Below, one piece after another: positions 1-11,651 of a stretch of 64,000 nt of DNA; the first letter of the stretch is position 1, and every line of letters starts with the position of its first letter. The position numbers and the translations under genes are program-made. The notes below the pieces were generated by a model. The model was not told the DNA's origin. It ran no database searches and was given only the letters and a program-made list of their open reading frames with translations. Source of the stretch: Podarcis erhardii (Eukaryota); the NCBI GenBank assembly GCA_964252035.1, contig OZ176212.1, one strand, 5' to 3'.

Positions 1-839
1 GAGACATTAGAGCATATCTGTAGAAAAATTCTATGACCAACCACTTCCATTCAGTTTAAGGGGAAAGCTTTGCTGTTGGTGAAATGTGTTGACAAATGCA
101 ATGGTGTGATGGACATTTGCAATTTGGTGAATGTTAACTTTCATTGACAATTCCAGCCATTTTAGGGGACAACATAAAATTTCAGAAATTTCTGCAACCT
201 TGTAGGAAGTCACACTTCAACTAATTAAATAATTTTATAATATTTTGCTGATTTGTTTCTGGAAAAGGTAATGCACCTTTATAACATCTTGGTAAACAAT
301 GCAAACACACTTTGTGACGTGCTCATTTCTTACATGAAGACTGCACTCTTATGGACAGTTACCTGGGACTATTAACCATTGAACTGAATGGGACTGACTT
401 CAGAGTAGATGCATATTGGATTGTGACATAATGCATTCCAAGAAGCACCACTCCAGGAAAACAACAAAATACATCCTCACTGCAATCATTTATGAGTCAG
501 TGTTAATACATATCATACAAAAAGCAAGATTCAATGAAAATTTTCATTATATAAACAGCTGATTGAGAAACAATAGGACTACAGAGCTGGATGGTTGCCT
601 ATGTTACAAATAAAACAGGAACTAAGAATATATATTAATTAAGAACCGTTACTGATAAAATAATGACTTGTTTTATCATGTATTATTTGTGTTAGCTGTG
701 TAGAACACATTCATAAAAATAAAATGGACTGGATTGAACTATATGGTAGCACTGCAGTAAAACCACTGCCCCCATTTTAAATCCTAGTGTGGGACCACTG
801 TCTCAACTCAATACATACCATAGTAGATACATTTTTTCC

Positions 840-1759
840 CTAAGGTTCTTGGTTGCTTCCATTATTTTGCTTTCTTAGCTGCTGCCTGTGATTCAGCTCA
901 GGCTTCAGCAAAATAATATAGCATTTGGGAGAGAAGATACAGCCTAGTAACCCAGCGCTGGAAGCTAAAATAGAGAAGATCTCCACAGCCACCATGTATT
1001 TGCCTTTGGTGCTCAGGTACGTTGGTACAAATGACACCCAAACACTGCAGAACACTAGCATACTAAAAGTGATGAACTTGGCTTCATTAAAACTATCTGG
1101 CAACTTCCTGGCTAGGAAAGCCACAGTGAAGCTTATAACAGACAGAAGTCCCATATAGCCCATGACAATGTAAAACATGTTGACATATCCTTCATTACAT
1201 TTTATGATGATCTTTCCTTCTAGTGACTGCATGTCAACATCTGGAAAGGGGGGAGAGATTCCTAGCCACACTGCACAAATGACTCCTTGAACAAGGGAGC
1301 AGGAAAGAACAATTGAACCTGTCATTTTTTTCCCCACCCATTTCCTCATGCTGGATCCTGGCTTGGTGGCCTTGAAAGCCAAAACCACAATGATGGTTTT
1401 GGCCAACACAGAAGAAACAGCCACTGTGAAGATGATGCCAAAAGCTGATTGTTGTAGAAGACAGGTCACCTTCTTTGGTTTTCCGAGAAATAAGAAAGAA
1501 CAGAGAAAGCAAAGCAGGAGAGAGATCAGAAGAGTATAGGTGACATCCCGGTTGTTGGCTTTGACTATGGGGGTCTCTTTGTGCTTAATAAAAGTTCCTA
1601 GCACCAAAACTGTGATCAGGGAAAGCATAGCTGAGAGTGAAGCTAAACTAATCCCTAATGGTTCTTCATATGACAGAAAGCTCACAGCTCTGGGAATGCA
1701 TCGATCTTGGCCTTTGCTTGGGTACTGATTTTCTGGGCATCTGAAACAATTGTCCATGT
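840..1759 (-). CDS. V2R coding exon 6 (end of CRD and class C 7TM domain)
   Basis: Acceptor ctatcccccag|AC ATG. Contains [66 protein letters not shown]. The six exons sum to 2634 nt (877 aa + stop) with no frameshift. Confidence 0.97.
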
Positions 1760-1914
1760 CTGGGGGATAGAAAAATATTTTAGTGCCAACTCAAGTAAGT
1801 CCTTTGGGGAAAATATCACAATTACTTCTGAGGTGGATTTGCTGCTCGCAGAGAGTTCTAGCTTTTCATTCCATGTACAGAATTGGTTATGTGAGAATAC
1901 ATTTTTATATTAAA

Positions 1915-2232
1915 CATAGAATCATAGAATTTTAAAGTTGAAATGGACCCAAGGGTCATCTAGTCCAACCCCCTGTAATACAAAAAGATTTTGCCCAATG
2001 TGGGGCTCAAACCCACAATTTGAAGATTGGGGACTCATCTATACAGTTGCAGATAAAATGTTTTAAATGTGTTGTAAAGTGCAATATACACATGGGACAC
2101 TAAATGGCAACAGTGAGCTATGCTAAATTTAATTTATTTTTCAAAACTTTTTTTTTAAAAAAAATTATTTTGACAACGTTTTTTATATGTGTATATATTC
2201 TACCTAAGAGTCTTATGCTCTACCAACCTATA
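1915..2232 (-). mobile_element. tRNA-Lys(CTT)-derived SINE with CR1-type (ATTCTATG) tail, head split in two
   Basis: catagaatcatagaat...ggtcatctagtccaaccc is a CR1-like 3' end. gcccaatgtggggctcaaacccac (1992-2015) and taagagtcttatgctctacc (2205-2224) match the reverse complement of tRNA-Lys(CTT). Confidence 0.7.
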
Positions 2233-2807
2233 GTCCAGGAAGCTTATGAATAACAGTATGTAGTGATTATTATTATCATTCTTAGAAGTGATTGAATAAT
2301 ATTATTTTTATGCTAGTTCTTTATACTGATTAATGCACATTTAACCCTTTACTTTGTGTTTTAGCAAATCCTCAAGTGCATTTTTGTCTTTCATGTATTG
2401 AATGCTGCCTTGAGCAAGAAGAGCAACTCTAAAATAAATAAATAAATTAGTCTGCTGCTAGGTTTTTTGCTATAGTTTTTAATTTTCTTTACACATTCTT
2501 ATTTAATTAATTTGAGTTATTACTGTTATTTTAACTGCTGCAATCCATTCTGAGATGGATTTAGGGCAGGCTAAAAATATTATGCAATAAATAAATAAAT
2601 ACATAGGGTGACAACACACACATAATTCTGCATGTATTCATTGTTGCAGGACATTCTAAGCAGGGTTTCTAAGGTATTTGTAGAATGCAGATAGAAGCAG
2701 TTGCAGTGTTTGCCATTTATGGATTCTAAGCTGGAGACACTCATGACAATTTGCCTTGTTTCCATTATGTTGGAGTGATTTCTCTTTCTACACACATTGA
2801 CAATATA

Positions 2808-3068
2808 CCATATTTTTCGCTCTATAAGACGCATCAGACCACAAGACGCACCTAGTTTTTGGAGGAGGAAAACAAGAAAAAAAAATATTCTGAATCTCAG
2901 AAGCCAGAACAGCAAGAGGGATCGCTGTGCAGTGAAAGCAGCAATCGCTCTTGCTGTTCTGGCTTCTGGGATAGCTGTGCAGCCTGCATTCACTCTATAA
3001 GAGGCACACACATTTCCCCTTACTTTTTAGGAAGGAAAAAAGTGAGTCTTACAGAGCAAAAAATATGG
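2808..3068. mobile_element. Tc1/mariner (Tc2/pogo-like) MITE
   Basis: TA|CCATATTTTTCGCTCTATAAGAC ... GTCTTACAGAGCAAAAAATATGG|TA: ~25-bp TIRs and TA target duplication; central 30-bp hairpin at 2898-2968. Confidence 0.85.
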
Positions 3069-3131
3069 TAGTCTGTGACGGCAATGCATGATTCTTGACT
3101 AATTGTCTGGGTTGATCATGATTAACAGTTA

Positions 3132-3293
3132 CAGATAGGTAGCCATGTTGGTCTGCCATAGTCAAAACAAAATAAAAAAATCCCTTCCAGTAGCACCTTA
3201 AAGACCAACTAAGTTAGTTCTAGGTATGAGCTTTCATGTGCATGCACACTTCTTCAGATATCTGAAGAAGTGTGCATGCACACGAAAGCTCAT
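3132..3293 (-). mobile_element. Penelope-like element terminal fragment with inverted 5' end and hammerhead-ribozyme motif
   Basis: Matches the reptile PLE terminus pattern (gtagccatgttggtctg...agcacctta.agaccaac...atgagctttc). Core CTGAAGA-stem II-GAAA occurs on both strands; flanked by a tcatgattaacagtta direct repeat (3116-3131, 3290-3305). Confidence 0.8.
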
Positions 3294-3606
3294 GATTAAC
3301 AGTTAATCATGGAATTCTAGATTTCCCAATAATATTGTCAGATAAAGTCTGATTCACACATCAATGTACCACATGAATTCTCTTATCATTTGATGACCTA
3401 CAGATAAATGTGTAAAATGCTTTCATTGACAAAGACTGCATTTGAAGCAAGTACTCAGATTGATGAACCAGTTTCGAGGTGGAGTAAACTTGTTGTAACA
3501 CCTTGGAAAGATGGCACAAACTTAACACCCTCACCAAGTACTTACAACCATTCAATGGTCTGTTAGATAAATTGGTGGTATGTGCAGTAAATGTTGGTAC
3601 ACTAAC

Positions 3607-3733
3607 CCTTTTGGTTTGAAATCTCTCCATCTGGGCATGGAACACAATCATAGCAACAAAACTTCACCCCTTCTCTTTTCTTCTTCTGATAACCAGGGTG
3701 GCAGGAGTCACAACACAAAGAAATAGGCAGCAC
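3607..3733 (-). CDS. V2R coding exon 5 (cysteine-rich domain); not in the ORF track
   Basis: Manual translation VLPISLCCDSCHPGYQKKKREGVKFCCYDCVPCPDGEISNQK; acceptor gctgatag| and donor G|gttagt; 127 nt. Confidence 0.93.
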
Positions 3734-4573
3734 CTATCAGCAAAGCAAGGAATATGATGGAATCAATGAGAGGAAAATAATCACCTTTTTTAAAAAACAC
3801 ACAAAATGAGTAAGCTGTTGACTCAGAAAAATCAAATTATATTGAACATTATTACATAGTACACTACTGAGCCCAATAGTTATGTTTCCAGAGAAGATAA
3901 TGTACTTGTTTTAGTGCATTATTGTATTGAAACAAGCATGACTATAGATGCTAGAAAGACAAGATTTGGCCCTTAAATATGTTTTATTATACGTATCCAC
4001 AGTCTTGCCAAATACAAGGCAATTATTGTGACTAGACTCAGGGATAAAGAGTTGAGACAAATGAAATGGGTTAAAATGGGGCTACATTTTATTACTAATA
4101 TGAGAAGTGCATAACTTAAAACCTCAACCTTTGGTCAAATATCTTGACAATGGCAAATGGTATAGTATAGAACTGGAGTCTTGTCACTCCCTTCTGGTGA
4201 GTAGAGAGGCCTTCTTGTTCCTGGTGCCCCATGACTCTGGGCACCTGCATCTTAAGAATGTTACATATCCAGCATATGGGCCCATAACCTTGAGTAGCTG
4301 TCTTCTGGAAACATTCTTCACCTTCAAAGGTGCCAAATGGTGTTCATCTATTCCCTTTTCTCTCATTAACTTCTCCAGCACCTTCCAAACACATCAACAC
4401 ATTTCACTGCATCTACCGCTAAACCCCTATCCTAGCATCCAGTATATGGGGGGGGGGGATGCACAACTTAGCCAACTTGTGGTCCTAAAGTAACTGGAAA
4501 TCCTGCACTGGATAAAGGGATAGACTGGGCAGGTGTAGGAAATGGCAATAGAGGCCTACAGAGATGTGGTATA

Positions 4574-5022
4574 TGTTGGGATTTGTGTGCTCACCAGCTG
4601 CGTGATAGCAGCACATTGTTTACATCATGTGATACTTCTGATGTTACTGAGCGTGAGACAGGATGTCCTACACTGTTCTCAGGGTTGTGTTCTCAGTGTA
4701 ACTTGAGACCTTCCTGTGGTTGCTGCAAAGGAGGAAGGAGTGAGTTGTACGGAGGCTGCTGAGAGAGCAGACATGATTTGTACTAGCTCCATGTACAATG
4801 TACAGCCTGTGAATAAAGTAGGATGTTAGACTACTTTCAGACTGTTTCTTTCTTCTGCTGAGATGCAAGGGGAAAGTGAGTGTGTATCTCTCAAAAGGGA
4901 GGTGTCGCTTATCACCGGTCTCCCTGGACTGACCGAAGACCAGCCAGGGGCAGACCACCAGAGAGAGGCCTCAGAGCCTGGGAAGAGGAGTCAGCCTTTC
5001 CCAAGGGGGCCTCTCACCAACA
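4574..5022 (+). mobile_element. Solo LTR (449 bp), probably Copia-type
   Basis: GTATA|TGTTGG...CCAACA|GTATA: TG/CA ends, 6-bp TIR, 5-bp TSD, AATAAA at 4812. Confidence 0.88.
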
Positions 5023-5225
5023 GTATAGACCTATAGACCCATGACCATGCTCCCAGATGCCAGTGTGTGTGATTTCCCTCATCTCCCTCATCTCTGTATT
5101 TGGCTTGCCACAGCAGAACTTCCAGATGCCCCATTTTCTGACTGGAGGAAACAACTGTTTCCATGCAGAGATTTATATATTCAGCTTTCTTTTCTTTTTT
5201 TACACCTCTCCTTAATTTCTAAGAA

Positions 5226-5617
5226 GGGATGTGAGTGGCACTGTGGTCTAAACCACTGAGCCTCTTGGGCTTGCTGATCAAAAGGTCAGCAATTCGAATC
5301 TTCGGAATGGGGTGAGCTACTGTTGCTCAGTCCCAGCTCCTGCCAACCTAGGAGTTCAAAATATGCCAAAAAGTGCAAGTAGATAAATAGGTATGGCTCC
5401 TGCGGAAAGGTAAACAGCACTTCCCTGCACTGCTCTGGTTTTGGTGTTCCATTGCACCAGAAGCAGCTTAGTCATGCTGGCCACATGACCTGGAAAAAAA
5501 CTGTCTGCTGAGTGGACAAACGCCAGCTCCCTTGGCCTCTAAAGCGAGATGAGCGCTACAACCTCAGAGTTGTTTGCGACTGGACTTAAATGTCAGGGGC
5601 CCTTTACCTTTACCTTT
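5226..5617 (+). mobile_element. Sauria SINE, full length
   Basis: GGGAT..GTGGC.CTGTGGTCTAAACCACTGAGCCTCTTGGGCTTG tRNA-like head; ttagtcatgctggccacatgacc core; (ACCTTT)n tail. Confidence 0.9.
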
Positions 5618-5772
5618 TTTTGTTTCTGGATGCAGTACAAGGCCCTGGATTTATCAAGACAAATTATCATCCATTACATGGATCTTGTTATTCAACAAAG
5701 GATAGTCTCAAACATTGGCACACCCATATGGAGAATGGAAAGTAGCTCCCCAAAGCACCTCAAAACTCATAC

Positions 5773-6000
5773 CTGGTTAAAGCTTCCATGCCACACAATT
5801 ATATCTTCATTGATGACAAGTTTATCTTCCATTGGAGCTTTGTGTTCAAACTTTCCAATTTTCACTCTAAGGAATGAGTTATTTGGGGAAATCACTAGGT
5901 TCACTATGTCAAGGTCAGCTTCCATTTCCTTTTTATCATTAAAGGACACAATTTCCTCTGCAGAATTATTAAACACAACGCCTTGAAGAAATGGGTGGAG
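5773..6000 (-). CDS. V2R coding exon 4
   Basis: Acceptor tttcaactag|CTC CAC CCA (LHPFLQGVVFNNSAEE...INEDIIVWHGSFNQ); donor CAG|gtatga; 228 nt. Confidence 0.93.
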
Positions 6001-6568
6001 CTAGTTGAAATGGATAAAAATGAAACAAAGGGGTAATAACCTATATGTTTGGTGTCTTTGCATTAAAGAAACTTTATACAGAGCCTCTAAGAGGATGAAA
6101 GCAAGAATATTCCAAACAACAAAAAACTTGAATCCTATTACCCTAAACCTTAGTAAAAGAAGCAGCAACACAAGACCAAAATAAAAAGACACATATTATC
6201 TCAACTAGTCTAAAACAGTGGTGGACAACATTCAACTTTGACTGCAATGACTCTAGTTGGGTGTTAGAGTCCAACAGCACTCAGAGGGGCACACGTTTCC
6301 CATCCTTGTTCTATAAGGTGACTCTAAAATATATGAGCAAATTAAAATGTATTTTAGTACAAGAAGAAAAATAAAGTGGGTGGCAAGTGAAGCTTCCTGA
6401 ATGAGCAATCTTCAGCCATGGATCAAGAATGGAAAAGGCCATTTGGAATATTTTTGAAACCTCCATGCTGGGTTTTACAATGTTTTCATTGATTACAGTT
6501 GTTTGAAGTTTTATGTAAGTGCAGCCTAAACAACAGCAACAGCTGTTCTGCAATAGCAGAAGTTGGGA

Positions 6569-6712
6569 AATAATAATAATAATAATAATAATTTATTATT
6601 TGTACCCCGCCCATCTGGCTGGGTTTCCCCAGCCACTCTGGGCGGCTTCCATAGAAACCAAAAAAACACTAAAATATCACAGATTAAAAACTTCCCTGAA
6701 ATGTACACTTAT
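6569..6712 (-). mobile_element. L2/CR1-clade LINE 3' end with (AAT)8 tail
   Basis: Reverse complement of gaagccgcccagagtggctggggaaacccagccagatgggcggggtacaaataataa plus microsatellite tail; same end as 14073-14171. Confidence 0.7.
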
Positions 6713-7294
6713 TACTTGAACTTATATACTCTTTCTCCCCAAGTGGTGCTAAGTTTCTAATAAAGGTCATTGGGGTGGTGCAGGTTGGGTGGCATGGTTT
6801 GCAAGTGCTGCTGCTGCTTACCCAGGTGGAAAAGGGGAGGAGCAAGGTGAGAGGAGCTCAACATGATGCAAGCATGGTGGCAGGAGTGTTGGATTTGCAC
6901 TGTGCACACATAACATTAATCTCACCATGCCTCGAGCCTCCCCATCTTAGTACGTAGCAGTGGAACTTGCTGTATGGAAGCCAGGTGAGCAACACCTGTT
7001 CATCTTCACTCACCACTACCGGCACTTTCCAATGTTTAAGCATAATATTGGAGTATATACTTTATAATGGAATTACAGGAAGACAAAATTGGAAACCATA
7101 ACAGTTTATCAAAAAATAATGTGTGCACCACCATTTCACCAGTTATTCACAGATCAACAGGATATTGGATGTTTGATATTATATCACTTTGTATTGAGCT
7201 TTTCATGATAACAAATGGTTGTCTCCAACTAAGCTTTACACAGAATAGACCTATTGAAATGAATGTACCTAAACTAGTCATAAACATAGTCATA

Positions 7295-7672
7295 GGGATG
7301 CGGGTGGTGCTGTGGTCTAAACTACTGAGTTTCTTGGGCTTGCCGATCAAGTCGGCGGTTCAAATCCCTGTGACAGGGTGAGCTCCCGTTGCTCGGTCCC
7401 AGCTCCTGCCAACCTAGCAGTTCAAAAGCATGCCCAAAAATGCAAATAGATAAATAGGAACTGCTCCAGCGGGAAGGTAAACAGTGTTTCCGTGCGTTGC
7501 TCTGGTTTCTGTGTTCTGTTGCGCCAGAGGAGGCTTAGTCATGCTGGCCACATGACCCGGAAAAACTGTCTGCGGACAAACACTGGCTCCCTCGGCCAGT
7601 AAAGCAAGATGAGCACTGCAACCCCAGAGTCGTCTGTTACTGGACTTAACTCTCAGGGGTCCCTTTACCTTT
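7295..7672 (+). mobile_element. Sauria SINE, full length
   Basis: Same head, core and ACCTTT tail as 5226-5617; flanked by aaac(a)tagtcat direct repeats. Confidence 0.9.
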
Positions 7673-7764
7673 AAACTAGTCATGTCTATTAATTTGAATG
7701 GGTCTACTCTGCATAGGATTATCACTGAACGCAACCAGCAGAAAATTCATTATAGAAATGCTAC

Positions 7765-8616
7765 CTCCCAAGCCCCAAAATCTTGAAGACTTCTCTTCTT
7801 TCCTTTTATTCTGTGAATGTATCTAGATGAATACATTGCATGGAAAGAATGCACCACAGCATAAACAGCATTATAGATGCTGTAGCTGTGGCCAGTCACA
7901 GCTATTTCAAACAGAGATCCAGGAAGACTTTCTAGCCTCTCTTCCCCTGTACATTCACTACCATCCTCCATCAGATCCTGGGAATTTGGAAATGAGCAGC
8001 CAAATATTTGCTCACAGAAGTCCTTGAAAAAGCTGTTTTCTTGTGTCCTGCAAAGTTTTATATTCTGAAGAAATTCCTTAAAGCTTGGAAGCTTGTGTGA
8101 GTGCGCTGTGAACAAAATAGCACCTTGGAACACTTGCAAATTTGCTTGGGCTTGAATGCTTGTTAATGCAACATTGATCTGGGCTGTCATGATCCACAGC
8201 TTTCTCCAAGACATCATATTTTCTTTATATACAATATCTGTTATAAGAATTAACCATGAAATGATCATAGTTTCTCCATAGACAATCAATGTATTAGCTG
8301 TGCTATTTGTCAAATGTTGGTTAATATTGAAGGCCATAGTGTTCATTTGGTTTCCTGTATGCCAAGATGCTTGCTTTGGAATTCTTTCTGCAAAGGCTGA
8401 ACAGATGCCATTCTGAGAAAGCATTGGTTCCAACACCTGCAAGAACTGTTCTCCACTATCATCATCCACAGCAAATAGCCCAACCCACATCCATCCAAAA
8501 TGCTGAAGTAATCGGAGAATCCCTAGGTACTGATGAGATTCATTTGGAATCATGCGGTAAAAGGAAAATAGTTGCATTGTATCACTTTTCCCTGGGGCGA
8601 AGGAGCCATATGTCAG
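7765..8616 (-). CDS. V2R coding exon 3 (VFT domain)
   Basis: Acceptor tttttttatag|CTG ACA TAT GGC (LTYGSF); contains FYRMIPNE, LLQHFGWMWVG, GICSAF, YSIYNAVYAVVHSFH; donor GAG|gtagca; 852 nt. Confidence 0.95.
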
Positions 8617-9429
8617 CTATAAAAAAATTTAAAATGTTCTTATTTCAGTGGTGCCTTTGTGATGGAAAACCTGTCAGTTTCAGTTTTTTCCCACTTTTAA
8701 TAATAGTTCTTCACATTTCCTCACCAGATTTTTTTAAAAAAATAGTCCGCATGAAAATTCATCAGCAATTTAGTGACTTCTCTAATATACACATTTTTTT
8801 TGTGCAATGTTGCCTAATATATCCAATTTTTCAAAAGCAAATTCCCTTTAATTAATCATTTTTGTAAGCAACTTTCAGTAATATATGCATTTGTATGTGT
8901 GCACTTTGCTCTAGCATAGGCATATTTGAATACATTACTTTGCTGAAGAACTGCATTGCAAAACTTGCAGACGTGCAAATTTCAAAAGATGACTGTGTTT
9001 CAGTTTGCATGTGGTTTCAGAAAGTGCAGATTAGGTAAGTTTGCTGTTAAATAGAAATCAACAAATTTTCTCCCCCACCACGAGCCATGCATTAGTAGAG
9101 ATGTGCATGGGACTGCTTTGAATGTAAAAGAATTACCATGAAAACAATGCACTATCAGTGTAAAATAAAGCAACTTGAAATAACAGCAGCTATTGCAATA
9201 GCATAAAAGCAAACTGTGGGGTACAATTTATGGGGGGGGGGGGATAAGAAGGAAGGCTTCCAAGATGCCAGATTCTATTCCATGGCACCTGTTTTCCTAG
9301 TCTGTCTGAAGACATCCCTCATGAGGATATGTTCTATAATCATCACACAATATTTTGTTTTTCTGTGAACCATGCCTCTCTTTCTGTATGGTCTTTTAGA
9401 GTCCCCCAATCTCCATGCACAAATCCTAC

Positions 9430-9721
9430 CTGTGGAATCTTGTAGAGACCTAATATTTCTGATATGTGAAAGGAGATGTCTGAGCCAAGGCCACCAATGA
9501 GAGCCATCAGGTTTTTTTGCAAGTCACACCTGTAGTTGGGGGGAAATCTACGCAAATTGAAAAGCAGGTCCAGAGTGGTACGATAGGTCATCATCAGGCT
9601 GTAATAGCTGTCATAGATGTGGAAACCAAGCGTGATATTATGCAATATCTTTGGATTCTCATTGATCTCATTCACAGCAAACGCCAAGGCTAGGATGTGC
9701 TGGTATAACTTTGCCACCACT
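9430..9721 (-). CDS. V2R coding exon 2
   Basis: Acceptor tttgcag|A at 9721; translation KLYQHILALAFAVNEINENPKILHNITLGFHIYDS...PNYRC...LYKIPQ; donor CAG|gtagga. 292 nt, in phase with exon 1. Confidence 0.95.
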
Positions 9722-11436
9722 CTGCAAATGGAGTTACATTCTCTTTCACAAGAGGATTTTACAATTCATATGAATCACTTTCGCACTGTGATGGCCCACA
9801 CTACATTTCATTAAGACAAGTCTATACACACAAATGTCATAAATTTGTTAGAGTTAAATGGGAGGGGAGTAAACGTCAGAGAAAAACCAAAATGGTGATC
9901 AGAGGAAGAAAGATCAAATGATAACAAGGTGGATGGTAGAGCAGTGCAACACTGAGAGAATTGGTGAAGTACAACTTACAAGCTGCATTGGATTATTTAG
10001 TCGCAATTAATGTATGGTGCTTTCTTTTATGAATCAGAGCTTTGGTTTGCCTTCTCTACCTAGAGGTGATCCTCCAAGGTGTTAGAAAATGATTTCTGTG
10101 AGCTTTGTTACCTGATAAGCTTTCAAGTGGTGCTGCCTAGGATTGTACCTTTTATATGCAAACAATGTGCATCATCAGTGACTATTTCCAATCCACCCAC
10201 CATGGAAATGCCCTGAGAGAGAGCTCTCCTCTACTCAACTAGATATATATGGTGATTTATTTGGCTTTCTATTGACTTGCTGCTTTAAACAACTACAATG
10301 AATACTGTGTCCACTATTAGTTTGTGCTCTATTTAAAAGAAAATGCATAAAAATATACTTTTCTGAAGTAAATTATACTATACTGTCATTCCTAGCAAGG
10401 GCCATTTAAGGGAGAAGGAAAAACAAACAAAATACTTCTCATCTTTTTCTACTTAAGCTAGTCTCCTGATCTGACACCCATCAGTGTTTTCAAACATCTT
10501 TTTCATGTTTATCCAAAGTGGAGAAAAATCTGGATTTGCACCAGCCTGTCTCCCTATTAGTATAAGCGAATCCATATGATGACCTCCACATCTAAGTGCT
10601 CTCCCAGACCTTTCCCTCTTTTACTATGGGTCTTTAAAATCCTTGCAAAGTGCAAAATGTTCGAGATAAACACAGAGACATGGACATTTAATGGAAGGAA
10701 ATATCCACAATTTTGTTCTGGTGTGGATAAGTGCTTAGTTTCTTTCCTTTTGAAATCTAAGTTCACTACTTTCTATATAACTTATTCCATCAGCTTTGCT
10801 ATCTTCATGTCTGATTTTCCTTATGTCCACATATCCTTGCAGGCAACATTTTCAAACATGAGGCTTTCTGCTTACTTATTTATTTAGGCTTTAATTTCTG
10901 ATATTCTTTTTAGAGTTATGGTACATTATAAATATTATGCCTGCCTATATGCAAATGTGGTGTATGTAAAGAAAACATGACGCTCTGATTCCAAGACAGG
11001 AATAATTTTTCATCAAGGGAGGAGGAAATGTGGATATACTGTGAAGAAGTGAGGACAACAGAAGAATTAAAAAGTCAGTGATTGAGAATGATAGGAGCCC
11101 TCTTTGTGTGTATGTTGGTGTGTGAACGAGGTGTCCCTTCTCCAAAGGAGGCTGGTGTGCAACCACTTCAGCACTGACATTTATATATTTAGCATGATGA
11201 TCTGAAGGGGGCTTGCAAGTGTGTTTTCCTGAAAAGTAAAAGTAAGGGCTCTTGATCCCAAAGAGGCTTTCAAATATATCAGACAAACATGCTAACAGGC
11301 CCACATTGGACCTTTTCATAATTTACATGGTGGTCAGGAAAGGAGGTTGTGTGCATTCCCTGTCCCTCTAAACTCATTTGCTGCAATTCACCCCATACAT
11401 ACATTGTTTGAGAAGTCTATTTCTTGCATTACTCAC

Positions 11437-11651
11437 ACTTGAACATCAAACTCATCCTGGGAAGGGTGTTTGCTGAAGAGAACATCTGAAGAAATGTAAA
11501 TTATCTGAGAAGCAATTCCACCAATGAGAAGGCTACCTGATTGATACCACTCATGTGGAATATGGAGAGGATCGTTCATATGGCACTTCATGGTATCAAC
11601 ATTGAATATCATGTGAGATAGCAGAAGCAGCAACACCACTGGTCTCACCAT
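11437..11651 (-). CDS. V2R vomeronasal type-2 receptor, coding exon 1 (signal peptide and start of VFT domain)
   Basis: ATG at 11651 gives MVRPVVLLLLLSHMIFNVDTMKCHMNDPLHIPHEWYQSGSLLIGG. Ends CAA GT|gtgagt (donor 11436-11431), phase 2, 215 nt. Confidence 0.9.

Noticed and set aside
925-1728. Short plus-strand ORFs opposite V2R exon 6, and similar ORFs opposite the OR genes (e.g. 28667, 33407, 45790, 54621, 60660)
   Set aside because: Antisense shadows of real coding sequence; their conservation follows from the sense genes.
1992-2224. Possible tRNA-Lys gene; likewise tRNA-Ile-like sequence at 40100-40170
   Set aside because: Degenerate, cannot fold into a full cloverleaf, and attached to CR1-type tails, so these are SINE heads.
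4277-4289. 13-nt match to the Copia PBS (GGTTATGGGCCCA, minus strand)
   Set aside because: No recognisable LTR (no polyA signal, TIR or TSD) upstream and no gag downstream; could be chance or an unrecognisably decayed relic.
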